Origin: Eledone cirrhosa
Taxonomy: Eukaryota
NCBI GenBank assembly: GCA_964016885.1
Contig: OZ024759.1
Span: forward strand, 32,736,001 to 32,800,000
Length of the DNA: 64,000 bases
Reading direction: 5' to 3'
This document shows, piece by piece, positions 13,396 through 26,569 of this stretch. Each line of letters begins with the position of its first letter. Positions within the stretch are counted from its first letter, which is position 1. The position numbers and the translations under genes were made by a program. The notes under the pieces are model-generated. The model saw only the letters and a program-made list of their open reading frames with translations, did no database searches and was not told the DNA's origin.

Positions 13396-13735
13396 GCACA
13401 TGACTTAGTGGTTAGAGCATTGGCCTTGCAATCAAAAGGTTGTGAGTTCAATTCTCAGACTGGGTGATGTGTTGTTTCCTTGAGCAAGACACTTTATTTC
13501 ACATTGCTCCAGTTTACTCAGCTGTAGAAATGAGATGATAGGGACTGGGGTCCATATCATTCCACTGCAAAGTGGTCGTGGAGGTGCCACGGCAAAAAAG
13601 CACCCAGCACTCACTGTAAATGAGGTTGGTGTTAGGAAGGGCATCCAGCTGTAGAAATCAAGCCAGAATCAGTTCCCGTCCCACCCTTGCAAGCAGGGAA
13701 AAAGCGGACGTAAAATGAAATGATGATGATGATGA
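13396..13735 (+). mobile_element. tRNA-derived CORE-type SINE with RTE-like tail
   Basis: Pol III A box (tgacttagtggttag) and B box (gagttcaattctc), CORE-like ccttgagcaagacac, tail cccacccttgcaagcagggaaaa.ggacgtaaaatg(atg)n. Confidence 0.85.
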
Positions 13736-13967
13736 AATAGCTAATATCTATAAATACATATTTATCAGTTAATCTCAACATCGGAAACATCAAACACTAC
13801 ACTACATCACATCACACTACATTACACCACACAACACCATACCACACTACACTACACACCACACCAGTCAATTATAGGAACATACCACAACCCACACCAC
13901 ACCACAACCCATACTACACTACACTACACCACAGACCCAATTACAGTCATAATATATATTTGTTTAC

Positions 13968-14200
13968 CTTCTCCTATCTCAGGGTTGTGTTTGTGTCAGC
14001 AGATGTCGAGATGAAGGCTTTATTGTAATTCCTATAGATTCTTCAGCTGAGATGGGTGGTGTAGTGGTCTTGTCTTGTGGTGGGCGGGGTGGTGTGTTGT
14101 TGATGATGATGTGGTGATCTGTTTCGATCTCCCTTGTCGGTCACTTAAATCAATAATCAATACCAGTAGACCGTGACAGGAATCGATACCTCAATATATT
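13968..14200 (-). other. Putative non-coding 5' exon of RNF145
   Basis: Unique non-repeat island ending in AG|gtaaac donor on minus (13967). Coding exon 1 has an acceptor 4 nt upstream of its ATG, which implies an upstream UTR exon. 5' boundary unknown. Confidence 0.35.
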
Positions 14201-14477
14201 TATATATACAGAGGTATATATAGATGTATATATATATTTATATTTATACACGCAGATATATATATGTTTATATATAGGTATATACAGACATAGATATATA
14301 TACACCTCAATATATATACATACCTCTATTTATATATATCTGTATGTATATATATATATCTGTATATATACACACAGTATATATATATATCTAACGAAGG
14401 TAGAAAGTCTTTAAAAAAAAAAAATATTCAACCAAAAGATGTCAACTCTCCTCTCTCATGTCAAACCAACATTACAC

Positions 14478-14492
14478 ACTGCGCATGCGGCT
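14478..14492. promoter_or_regulatory. NRF1-like motif (TGCGCATGCG) in the putative RNF145/LRRC51 divergent promoter region
   Basis: ctgcgcatgcgg at 14479-14490, with ccgcttccg (ETS-like) nearby, upstream of the putative UTR exon. Confidence 0.3.
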
Positions 14493-15744
14493 AAACCTCA
14501 TCCGCTTCCGCTCCTGCAAACTCTCCTCTCTCTCTGTCGCTTTTTCTCCTACGCTCTCTCTCACACCCGTGTCGTTTCTCTCTCTCTCTCTACCATCTCT
14601 CTCTCTTATCTTATCTTATCTTTTATAAATATTTTTCATATCTTAATATCTCTCTCTCACTGTTATTCATCTCTTTCGTGGGTGTTGTAGTATGGTGTTT
14701 ATGATGATGATGATGACGATGTTGTTGTTGATGGTGGTGATGATGATGGCGAATGTGATGATGATGCATGTAATGATGGTGGAGTTGATGATGATGATGG
14801 TAAATTATTGGCGAACGTGGTATCTGTGCCTACGTGTGTGTATACACATATATATGTGTGTGTATGTGCGTGTCTATCGTTGTTTGTGTATATATATAAA
14901 CATATGTATGTTTATATGTCTGAGCTGAGTGTATACATCTGTGTACATTTGTCTACGTGTTTGTGCATACATGTGTCATCAATGTCTGTATATATGTATA
15001 CGTGTGTATATGTATCAATGTCTGTACGTGAGTCAATGTTTATATGTATATATATATAAACATTGACACACGTACATTATATATATATATATATGTGTGT
15101 GTATATGTATAATGTATATATATATATATATTATGTATATATATATATATGTAGATATATATATATATATACACACACATATGTAGACAGACACACACAT
15201 ATACACACAAATATACGTCGGTGTTTGTCTACGTGTGACTGTTTACTTCTACATGTCTAAATGTGCATGTGTGTGTGTGTATGCCTCGTGTGCGTATGTA
15301 TGTCTCTCTGTGTGTATGTGTGAGAGTGTGTATGTGTGCGTATCGTTGTATGTGTGTGTGTGTGTGTGTATTAGAGTTTAGCCAAGTATTTTTGGCAACT
15401 GAGGTGGGGTGAATATATTAGTAGCAGTACCACAATCACTGAAGAGAGGGGTACATACAAATACACACACCAGGGTCGGATTTAATGGGGGATAATTGCC
15501 TCGGGCACTCTGCAGTGGAGGGCACCACCAGCGATGGCCGTAGCAATTTATTTGTGCCGGGGGGTTTGCTATGTATTCTAATTTTCAGGTGAGTATATTG
15601 GAACAACGTGAAATGAAGTCGTTTTGCTCAAGAACACAACACGCAAACCAGCCCAGAAATCGAACCCGCGACATTATTTTTATTTCATAGAACCAGATCC
15701 GGTTTGGGTTAGTTTTGGCCCGATTGGCCGGGATTCCTGCATAC

Positions 15745-16010
15745 ATGTCCTTGAACACTGCAAGCCAGCGCGTTAAGCCAGTTCTTATCCTGGTTTCATG
15801 GCGTAAAGCAGAATACAATACTCCCCATCCCTGGACAGGACGCTAGTCCATCGCAGGACTAAGCTCCCAGCTATTGCTGGTATTTATTCTTAGCTGGGTA
15901 TACTAGAGCAACATGAAATGAAGTGTCTTGCTCAAGAACACAACGCACAACCCAGTCCAGGAATCGAACCCACAACATTACAATCGTAAGTCCAACACCC
16001 TTACCACTGG
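15745..16010 (-). mobile_element. tRNA-derived SINE with CORE-like and Meta-like domains
   Basis: Reverse complement: agtggtaagggtgttgg...gggttcgattcc...cttgagcaagacac...cctgcgatggactagcgtcctgtccagggg; related piece at 29400-29925. Confidence 0.6.
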
Positions 16011-16853
16011 GGGTCACTAAAAGAAAAGGGGTTAGATCCCTTTTGGCCATCCATAGTTATCGTACGACCCCACGAAAACCGCGACTTAGCGCGAGCCGCC
16101 GTTACAAAACTCAACCAATCAGATCTCTGCAATGAGATTGCGTGTAAAGTTTGTAATTAACATCTATTACGACCGTTGTCATTCACAACAAAACTCTTAC
16201 TTCCTGTCTTCACTCATTAACACCTTTTTACCTGTATATATATATAACTTAGAACATACCTGTAATTTACTCTCCTGGAATTATTTACATTAATAATTTA
16301 ATTATTTATTTATAAACTATCTGTCAAAAGGAAGATTTTATCACCATCACCAAAGATTTTATCACCCTAACTATCATCAACCATTTCAAATTTGGAGGAA
16401 CTATATAAGACATCTACAAAGTTTTCTTGTGTAATTTACTTCTGGGATTTAAAAAGAAAAAAACAGAAAGTCGATCCGATCACATCCAAACACCCCTGGT
16501 CTGTTAAACTGACATTTTTCAAACAACATTTAACGATATATTCTTATTAAACAACCCCCCAAAACTCTCACACATTCCTCTTTATACACACATATATATA
16601 TATATATATCCCGTAAATACAACTTTGGTTTAAATCTATCTCACATTCCATATATACAGATATATATATATATATATATGTTATTCCTGCATGATGATTT
16701 CTCACGAATGAAACAGTTCTAGTCCTGTAGAAGCTTTACTATATATATATATAAACACAAGTTTGAATTTTCAAAACTTTTGGAGGGTTATTCTTTCCGC
16801 TTTTGTTTTCAACAGCTTTTCTGACAAATAAGTTTAGTTTGATATTTGAAACT

Positions 16854-16888
<35 letters not shown>

Positions 16889-17407
16889 AGGTACTCTCTC
16901 TCTCGGTCATAGTTCTCTTCTCTCGAACATTACACCGGCATGGGGTAATATTTTGTTTGTTGGTGTTACTCAGTGACAATAAATATATAATATATAATCA
17001 ACATTTGAACGTGTGTAAGGATCGTAAAAAACAACAACCCCTAGCTCCCTAAATATCAAACAAACAACACAACACAGTCCCTCATTTTAAATATTTCTCC
17101 CCACAAATATTCACATAAACTGTGAAATATACATACCAACTAACTTTAATTACTTTTAAATAACATTTTATACACACACATACACACATATATAAACGTC
17201 TACATAAATAAATATATAATATATTATATATACATTAACGTGTGTATATATACATATATATTTATAATATATATGTATTAGAATAGATGTTTAAAAATAG
17301 CGAAAAACGTTCTAATGTTAACTGAATGAGCACTTAATACGTGGTGTAATTAGATCTCAGGTGTGTGTATATATATATTATATACAGTTTATTTATTTTT
17401 ACAAGTG

Positions 17408-18238
17408 ATGGCTTTAAGGTCAACATCAGGTAGGAAACAACCTTTAAAGATGATTAATAAGTCATCTTATAGCAACGACTTAACACCTCTTGATTTCTCA
17501 TTCCGGAGCCTGACATGTGTGTCGGAGATCATAGGTGAAGTGGACGAAGAAGAGTCCACCCGTGACCCTCCACACAAATTAGAGCTGCTACATGACCGAA
17601 TGAAAGACATACCAAGCAGCACCACTTCTACTACTACTACTAGTAGAAGAATTGGGACCTCAACCACGACCACTGCTGACCCTAATCATATTAATATTAA
17701 AACTAATTATGGTGGTTATAGTGCGCCTGGATACATAACAAGATCTAAACCAGTTAATTGTATTTCGGATTCTTCTGGAAAAAGACGGCGGAAATCTCGC
17801 AGCAAGTGCCTCCGATTGAACAATAATTCCTTGGATACAATCGTGGGCCTTAAACAGATCCTATATTCCCTTTTTCTGAGACCTTTACAACTGTCTTGGT
17901 TGGATCTATCATTTAACGTGTTAACCGTAGTTCCAGATGAAATCACAGAATTACACTGTTTGCAGATCGTTTACCTACATGGGAACTCTCTGGAGAACTT
18001 GACCGAAGTAGAAAAATTTCGACCGATGACCAATCTTAAGAAGCTCACCCTTCATGGTAACCCGATCGAGAAAATAAAAAATTATAGATTTACTGTATTA
18101 ACTACAGTGCCATCTTTAAATGAATTCGATTTCAGTTCAGTTGTGAAATCTGACAGAGAAAATGCCGAACTTTGGCTGAAAAATAACATCAGCTCTTCTA
18201 AGAGACGTCGCAATAAATATCATCTCCAGTCTTCCTGA
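17408..18238 (+). CDS. LRRC51: Leucine-rich repeat-containing protein 51, single coding exon, 276 aa
   Basis: PLDFSFRSL...LRLNNNSL...LSWLDLSFNVLT...VYLHGNSL...LKKLTLHGNPIEKIKNYRFTVLTTVPSLNEFDFSSVVKSDRENAELW follows LRRC51 motifs in order. ATG 17408 is preceded by an acceptor-like ttttttacaag|. Confidence 0.88.
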   Translation: MALRSTSGRKQPLKMINKSSYSNDLTPLDFSFRSLTCVSEIIGEVDEEESTRDPPHKLELLHDRMKDIPSSTTSTTTTSRRIGTSTTTTADPNHINIKTNYGGYSAPGYITRSKPVNCISDSSGKRRRKSRSKCLRLNNNSLDTIVGLKQILYSLFLRPLQLSWLDLSFNVLTVVPDEITELHCLQIVYLHGNSLENLTEVEKFRPMTNLKKLTLHGNPIEKIKNYRFTVLTTVPSLNEFDFSSVVKSDRENAELWLKNNISSSKRRRNKYHLQSS

Positions 18239-18400
18239 ATATAATTGATCTATGGACTGAATGGAGCTGGACATATGTGGACATGTGTTGACATGACATG
18301 TGTTGACATGACATAAGATGTATATATATATACATACACACATAATTTATATATATATATACATACACACAATTTATATATATATATACATACACACATA

Positions 18401-18435
<35 letters not shown>

Positions 18436-20661
18436 CATGCACACATAATTTATATATATATATATATATATACACACACCCATACATAAGATATATATAT
18501 ATATATATATACACATACATACATATCATATATATATATATATACATAACATATATATACATGATATATATATATACATACATAACATATATATACATGA
18601 TATATATATATACATACATAACATATATATACATGATATATATATGTATATATATATATATACACATACACAACAGATATATATTATTTAACAGATACAA
18701 GGATTTTTTCATTCTGATGATTGAAAGCAAAATTTTTTGCTTTTAAGAAACCACTGGTAAATGGAATAATTGCCTTATGTTGTTTATTACATAACTAAAG
18801 GTACAATGTAATATATAAATTTACACACAATGTAATATATATATATTTAACAGACATATAATGATATATATATTAAAACATACTAAATATATATATATAT
18901 ATATCAACATACAATATACACACATATAGAGACAGTGGTAAGACACCCTCCAGGACATGTGCAGGTTCTTCAAAGAAGAAACCCCTTCCCTCAAGCAAGT
19001 GTTTATATATTCAACACACACACATATATATATATATATAAATCACAGACAATATATACAACACACATCACGCACATACACACATATATATATATATGTA
19101 TATACAACAGACATCACATATACAACAGACAATATATATATATATATAACACATCACACACACATGTATATATATACATCAAACAATATATATATATTCA
19201 ACAGACACAATATATATATATATATCACATATATATATGTATTTAACAGAAAGAAAATATAATTGAACTTTTATTTTTCCATTTTTACCCTGTATAGCAT
19301 ATAATATAAATATCATATTTAAATGTTAAATTATGTTATTAGTTGGATTAAATTAATTTTTCACTTGAGTTCACCTGTATCTTTTTTATCTCTGTCTCTC
19401 TACCATGTGTATATGTATATATACATATATATACTTACAACAAATATATACAATTAAACAGGTACTTAAGTTTCGGCTGAATGATTTAGGGTCTCATTCA
19501 GCCTTTCAAAGAACAAAAAAAAAAAAAAGGCAGAATAAGTTGGGGTTCAAAACCCAACGAAACTTAAGTACCTGTTTATGTCACTGTTGTAATTATTTAT
19601 ACTAAACTAGTCCTATAGACTGAGTGCTCTTACCCTTGGACATTTCTACCAAACTTTTACTGCAGTATGTGTATATATATATATATGTATATATTACATA
19701 TTAACCCTTTACCATTTACATTACTCTATATATACTATTGTATTTTCACTTAAAAGGCTTATCTCATAATATCGAATCTATGAGATTTTAATATTATTTA
19801 TATTGAGAACAATACCTTAACATCAGTATGAGCAGCCAGTTACAACAGAAAGAGGTGAAAAAATTGTGGCAAGATATGTCCGGTTTAAATGCTAAGTTTA
19901 AGTGAAAAAACTCTATTTATGGGAGTATAAACCAGGCACCCCCTCAAAAAAAACTATGGTTTCATTTGTGGAAGAAGCAAGTATTGGAAAATACCAGTAT
20001 TTGAAGAATTCATGACTTCATCAAGGAAGTATTCTTCAATTTAGGGACCATATTTAGCATGGAATTCTACAGAGGAGTTGCCGATCAAATATGATGTACA
20101 AATATATATATATTTGTGTGAAAGACATGACAGCCTCCCTAGTGTTGGTGATAGGGAGGGCATCCAGCCATAGATAGCTTGCCAAATAAAGGGTTGGGAG
20201 GGCCCTTCAGTCATGTCAAGGGCATGACAACCTCACCTGTGCACTCAATATGTAAGTGGGATACAGAACCCTAGCCTGTTTGGAAGGTCAGTGGCCTCGC
20301 TTCAGTACTGACTTGGTCTATGTAGACCCATCAAACCCTTGTTAGCAGGGAAAGGGACGTAACATGATGATGATATATATGAGTGATTTAAATTCTCGTG
20401 TACTTGAAACATTCAAATATTAACTGAGTGGACACTCAATAGATTGAGGTGGCAGTGACTTCGAAGTTTCAGGTCACCTGACCCGACTTCCTAATGATGA
20501 TGGGATGGATTGAGACATTTATATATGTGAGGAGGTCACAGAATGTGTGAAGAAAGAGCTTTGTCAGTATATAAATAAACATCTGGTTATCGAACCAACC
20601 AACTGGAAATTTATAAGAAATCAAAGTGAAAACCAACAGATGCGTGTGTTTTTATTGGCAT

Positions 20662-20901
20662 CATGACCCTCCCAAAGTATAACAGCATGACCCTCCCAAA
20701 GTATAACAGCATGACCCTCCCAAAGTATAACAGCATGACCCTCCCAAAGTATAACAGCATGACCCTCCCAAAGTATAACAGCATGACCCTCCCAAAGTAT
20801 AACAGCATGACCCTCCCAAAGTATAACAGCATGACCCTCCCAAAGTATAACAGCATGACCCTCCCAAAGTATAACAGCATGACCCTCCCAAAGTATAACA
20901 A
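20662..20901. repeat. Near-perfect 24-bp tandem repeat x10 (catgaccctcccaaagtataacag)
   Basis: ORF (MTLPKYNS)x10; the homologous repeat copy has a single unit at 910-933. Confidence 0.95.
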
Positions 20902-21089
20902 TATCTGTTTCAACACGTTTTCAGATAAGAAATCTTGCAAAACAAATTAAAAAACGAAGTATATATATTTAATTATCTCAAGCCAGCCCACTTCTCTACT
21001 GCCATTGTTATGTCAAACATTTGTTTTCAATTAAAACAATAACCAACAATTGCTGGCTTTTAATCTTGCATTGAAAATATATACAATGT

Positions 21090-21670
21090 TAGTAATTGGT
21101 GGGGGTGGTGGTGGTGGCAGTGGTGTTGGGTGATGTGTAGGTGGTGGTGATGGAGGTAGGTGATCTTTGGGTGGTGTTTGGTGGTTGGCGGTGGTGGTAG
21201 GTGATGTAGGGTGGTTGTTGGTGGTGTTGGGTGATGTTTGGGTGGTGGTGGTGTTTGGTGGTTGGCAGTGGCGGTGGTGGAGGTAGGTGATGTAGGGTGG
21301 TTGTTGGTGGTGTTGGGTGGTGGTGGTGTTTGGTGGTTGGCAGTGGCGGTGGTGGAGGTAGGTGATGTAGGGTGGTTGTTGGTGGTATTGGATGATGTGT
21401 AGGAGGTGGTGGTGAGCGGTGGAGGTGATGTATGGTTGTTGTTGGTGGTGATGATGATGGAGGTAGGTGGCGGTGGAGGTGATGTATGGTTGTTGGTGGT
21501 ATTGGATGATGTGTAGGAGGTGGTGATGATGATGGTGGTGGTGGTGGTGAGCGGTGGAGGTGATGTATGGTTGTTGTTGGTGGTGTTGGGTGGTGATGAT
21601 GATGGACGTAGGTGGTGGTGGAGGTGATGTATGGTTGTTGGTGGTGGTTGGCAGTGGTGTTGGTGTCAGG
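21090..21670. repeat. (GGT)n-rich low-complexity tract
   Basis: Directly visible; similar tract at 39240-39890. Confidence 0.9.
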
Positions 21671-22246
21671 ATGAGGTGGAGAGAATTGTTAATTTAGTGA
21701 TGAACACTAAAAATATGCAATACAGAATCATGTGCTGGTATATATGTAATGTATGTCTTTGTGAACAATAAGATATATACACACACATATATATATATAT
21801 ACACATGTACACATATAATGTATGCCATTGTGAACAATGAGATATATACACACATATATATATATATATACACATGTATATATATGCACACACATAATGT
21901 ATACCATTGTGAACAATGAGATATAAACACATATATATATATATATACACACACACATATATATATATATGCACACATATATAATTGTTTCTACTTTTGG
22001 CACAAGGCCACCAATTATCCAGTGTATTACTGGTACTTTATTTTATCGACCCCGTAAGGATGAAAGGCAAAGTTAACCTCGGCGGGATTTGAACTCAGAA
22101 TGGCAAGGGCCGTTACTCTATGCGTCAAAGCATGGCGTCCAACCCTCTACCGATACTGCCAATCCAATCACCATATAATGTATGCCATTGTGAACAATGA
22201 TTACATAACACAAATATATATATATATGTGTGTGTGTATATATATA

Positions 22247-22277
<31 letters not shown>

Positions 22278-22889
22278 GTGTGTGTGTATATATATATATA
22301 TATGTGTGTGTGTGTATGTGTGTATATTGTAGGTGATTCAGTGAATTACCAGTGGTACTAAACACAAGCACTCTATGCACAAGCAGAGTGTATATATTAG
22401 AAAAAGTTTTGTTTACATGTTTTTACTGTGTATCGACCTGTTACACGTGTTTCACAGAAGATTGGCTCAAGGTCACCCATAGGAGTTATGGACCTGACTC
22501 CAGTATCAATCTGCTCTTCAGACTCACGATGTGAGAAAAAAAATATATATCAAAGCCATCGTTTAACGTCCATCTTCCACGCTGGCATGGGTAGGATGGC
22601 TTGTCCCTTTATGAGAGATCTGGTCAGAGGACTGTTTTGTTTATGCAGGGCTGATTTTTAACTTGGTTTCTACGGTTGGATGCCTTTCCTAACGCCAACC
22701 ACATTTACAATGTGGGCTGGGCACTTTTGTTGAGTCAACATCACAACCAGATTAGTGTGGGTTGGATGCCTTTTGTCATGCTACCATCACAACTACTTTA
22801 TAGTGGGGGCTGGAGGCTTTGCTGAATATATACTTCAGCTTGTTATGGGAGATAAATGGGAGAGGGTTTTGCAGCTAGCAGTGGCAGTA

Positions 22890-23380
22890 GTTCCCTGAAC
22901 TTCTTCCATCCAGTTCTTACCCTAGTTATTGTACTTTCTGAACACCCACCTCCACTGCTAATTCGGTCATGTAGGTAGTAGAAGCTGTCTACTGTTTCTA
23001 CAGAGCCCTCTCAGAGATTGGTGGTACTTGTTTCCTGTGGCTGTTTGCTGCTTGCTGTCCCAGCACAGCTGCTGCATGTGAAGCCTACATTCTTAATTAA
23101 GCTTCCTGAGATCCCGCTACATCTCTTGTGTACCCATTGTTTGCATTTGGGGCAGAGAATGGAGTTCCTACCTACACCTTTCCTACATACTGAGCAAGGC
23201 CATTTCCCTGAGGGGATCTGGGTTCTGTTTTCTCGTCTACTTACAAGGACCTTAGTCTTTGTCATGTTGACTTTGAGACCCTTTCTTTCTAGTCCCTGCT
23301 TCCAAGTTTGGAATTTCTTCTCTAGTTCTACCATAGATTCAGCTATAAGTGCGAGGTCATCAGCATACAGGAGTTCCCAT
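22890..23380 (-). mobile_element. RTE-clade LINE reverse transcriptase fragment with PHD-like Cys/His finger
   Basis: WELLYADDLALIAESMVELEKKFQTWKQGLERKGLKVNMTKTKVL...CSVCRKGVGRNSILCPKCKQWVHKRCSG...CSSC...ISSGGGCSES...GWKKFRELLPLL; second fragment at 26350-26570. Confidence 0.85.
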
Positions 23381-24335
23381 ATCTTTAATATATATTATAC
23401 ACACACACTTATATGTGACTCAATGAATATATACAAGATGTTCCCCAAAATATATATATATACACACTTCAACAGTATTCTAATAAATATGTGTATACTT
23501 TTAAATATGTGTATACTTTTTTGTGGGGGACACCCTGTAGCTAGGTGGCAATGGTGTGAGTGTATTGGCTTGCCTTGAAGTGTTTAGTAAACCCTTATGA
23601 TGTGACGTAACCCTGATTGTCGCACTTGGTGGTGAATTGAGGGTTGATTTTGTTTTGTTTCGCTTCTCAGAATCGGTAGAGCGTCAGACACCATGCTTTG
23701 CCACATAAAGTTACGGCCATTTACGTTCTGAGTTCAAATCCCGCCGAGGTTAACTTTGCCTTTCATCCTTACGGGGTCAATAAAATAAAGTACCAGTAAT
23801 GTACTGGTGTCGATTTAATCGACTTTCCCCCTATCACAAAATTGCTGGCCTTGTGCATATATATTTGTAATGTTCTTCTGAACGAGTTGCAAATTATGTT
23901 ATTTACGCATTTGTAAAGTTATTTCTGTATATATTCAAAATATATTTGTAATATTATTGATACAAGCGTGCATAAAATTTGTAGTAGAAGAACGACTACT
24001 TTACCTATATACAAGGTGTCCCCAAAATAGGTATACACTTCAACAGCATTCTAATAAATGAGTATACATTTTTTGGGACACCCTGTGTATATGCGCATAT
24101 ATATATATATAACCGTCATACTCTGCCAGACACATTGATTAGTTTCCTGTCAGTCAACATCAATTAGTTAATAGATCGCAGCAATACAGACACACTACTA
24201 ATATAGGCCAGTACCCTCACAAGGAGACACACTACTAACATAGGCCAGTACGCTGACAGAGGCTAATATACACACTACTAAGGCCACATTCAATACAACA
24301 CAACACAACATTCGGTTAAACTCCTCAAAGCAACA

Positions 24336-24461
24336 ATGGTACAAGCATGGTACATGAATGATATTAGCGACAAGGAAGACCAAAGACTTCCACACAAACC
24401 TGATCCACTCAAAAATGTTGAATTATCCGAATTATCGAAGATTGGAGTTAAATATTTTGAT
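24336..24461 (+). CDS. ADI1: Acireductone dioxygenase exon 1
   Basis: MVQAWYMNDISDKEDQRLPHKPDP... is the typical ADI1 N-terminus; donor GAT|gtaagt, phase 0. Confidence 0.92.
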
Positions 24462-24964
24462 GTAAGTATTTATATTCATCATAGAATCACCCATCCAAGC
24501 GACCGAGGGTACATTAATTGGTAAAGGCATGTACTCGTTTGAGGTATTCGTTCGGACGACACTTTCACATGTGTATTGAGTACTATAAAAAAGACAATTT
24601 CCCCTTCATATATAAATGTTATTTATGTATATATTCGAAACATATTTGTAATGCCATGTATACAACTGTAAATAAAAGATATTTAAATACTTTAACAGTT
24701 TAGTAAACTCATCCCTCACTTCGTAGTGAACAGCTACCCTAATCCCAGAGGTGGAGGATAATCATTTGGACGACACTTTCAAACATGTATTGAGTACTGT
24801 AAAAAAGACCCCCCCCCCCATATATATAAATACTTTATCAGTTTGCTACACACATCTATCACTTCGTAGTAACCAGCCACCCGAATTTCCTCATAAACTT
24901 TTATGATTTAGTAATGTAAATGAAACATTTGCAGATACTATTACTAAAGTGTAATATTACGAAT

Positions 24965-25030
<66 letters not shown>

Positions 25031-25305
25031 GATATTAACAAATGGAAACTATATTTATAAAACCATATTTATTTTATTATACATATTTCAAGGACACCAC
25101 GTTAAATTATGGTGTGCTTTCATCTGTTTACTCCAAATATTTGTTGAGTGCTTTATAGCAGTTATAAAAATATTTGCTTGTTGTATCCCAACAATTTAAA
25201 TAGAACTTTTGCATATATATATATATATATATATTGGGTCGTCAAGTAGGAAATTAGAAAAAAAAAAAAATTTCTACAAATTATATATATATATGAAAAA
25301 CATAA

Positions 25306-25433
25306 TCTCTGATGATATGGGATCGATTGTGTGCATTGGATATCGAATGCTCTACTAAATATATAATATTATAGATGTAGCGAGATCTAGGCAAATAGAT
25401 GTCTATTGAAACGTACGTAAGAACCGAATAAAT
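25306..25433 (+). ncRNA. Hammerhead-like motif with long stem II insertion in ADI1 intron 1
   Basis: TCT-CTGATGA (25309-15)-tATGGGATC...GATGTCTATt-GAAAC-GTAC-GTA-AGA, followed by AATAAA. Confidence 0.5.
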
Positions 25434-26569
25434 CTCTTTTACTGCATCTTTCTGTTCTTTTTAATTCTTTAAACTGCAGAAGTCCTTTGTGCAAATATGA
25501 CGAACTTCTTCAGTTTACGCCTATCAAATTCCAGTGCGACGTGCAGCAAGAGTGACCCGCCACCACATGGTTGCGAAACGAACTCCTTTACCACGCAAGC
25601 CTTAGGTTGAAATCGTAACAAAAAAAAAAATAATAATAATTTAAATTATTATTATTATTATTATTATACAAAGCATATAAATAAATTTACAGTAGATTTA
25701 TTATGTAGAAGCCAAACGAGAGATAGCTTTGCATTAGTTACTAGACTTGCTAGAAATAATAGCCAAATCACCCTCAAAGGAAGTACACATTGGATAATGT
25801 TGTCTATAGAGTAGTAAAGTAGATTATTCCAAAAGATAAGACAGGATGGTCATGGCTGGAACGAGCCAGTGTCCATACTGTCATGTCTGATCTGGGACTG
25901 AAGAACAAAAATAACTTAGTTTATGGCGGGAAGTTTATTACATTTCCTTCACCTTCAAATTCACGCGGAAAGGTTAAAGGTCAGTCTCACACAGACACAC
26001 ACTCTCACTGTCACTCTTTGTATCCACCTCTGTACACCTCTATCTGTCTCTCTCTCTGTATTTCTATCTTTGTCTCTTTGTGTCTCTGTGTTTCTCATGA
26101 ACAAGCAGGTGTAATGCAATGTCTGTATGTGTATCATCATCATCATCATCGTTTAACGTCCATCTTCCACGCTAGCATGGGTTTGGACGGGAATTTTCCC
26201 ACTTGAGGCAAGAGTGGTTGTCTTGCTTGTATAGGACTGTCTGGCGGGTTTTCTACGGCTGGATGCCCTTCCTAACACCAACCACGTTTACAGTGTGGAC
26301 TGGGAGGTTTTTACCGTGTTACCTACATGGCCACATTACAGCATGGACTGTTTCCATCCCGTTCTGACTCTAGCTATTGTACTTTCAGAGCACCCTCCAC
26401 CACTGCTGATTTTGTCACCCAGGTAACGGAAGGTGTCCACTATTTCTATAGAACCATCTGTGCAATGGAATGGGCTAGTATTCTGTGGGCACTTATTGCA
26501 CCTGAGCACTGGCTACTTATAAAATCTATATTCTTAGTTAGCTTACCTGTGATCCCACTACATCTTTGA

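Noticed and set aside
13396-13470. tRNA gene candidates (also ~15950, ~29560, ~48020)
   Set aside because: A and B boxes are present but there is no complete cloverleaf; most run into SINE bodies.
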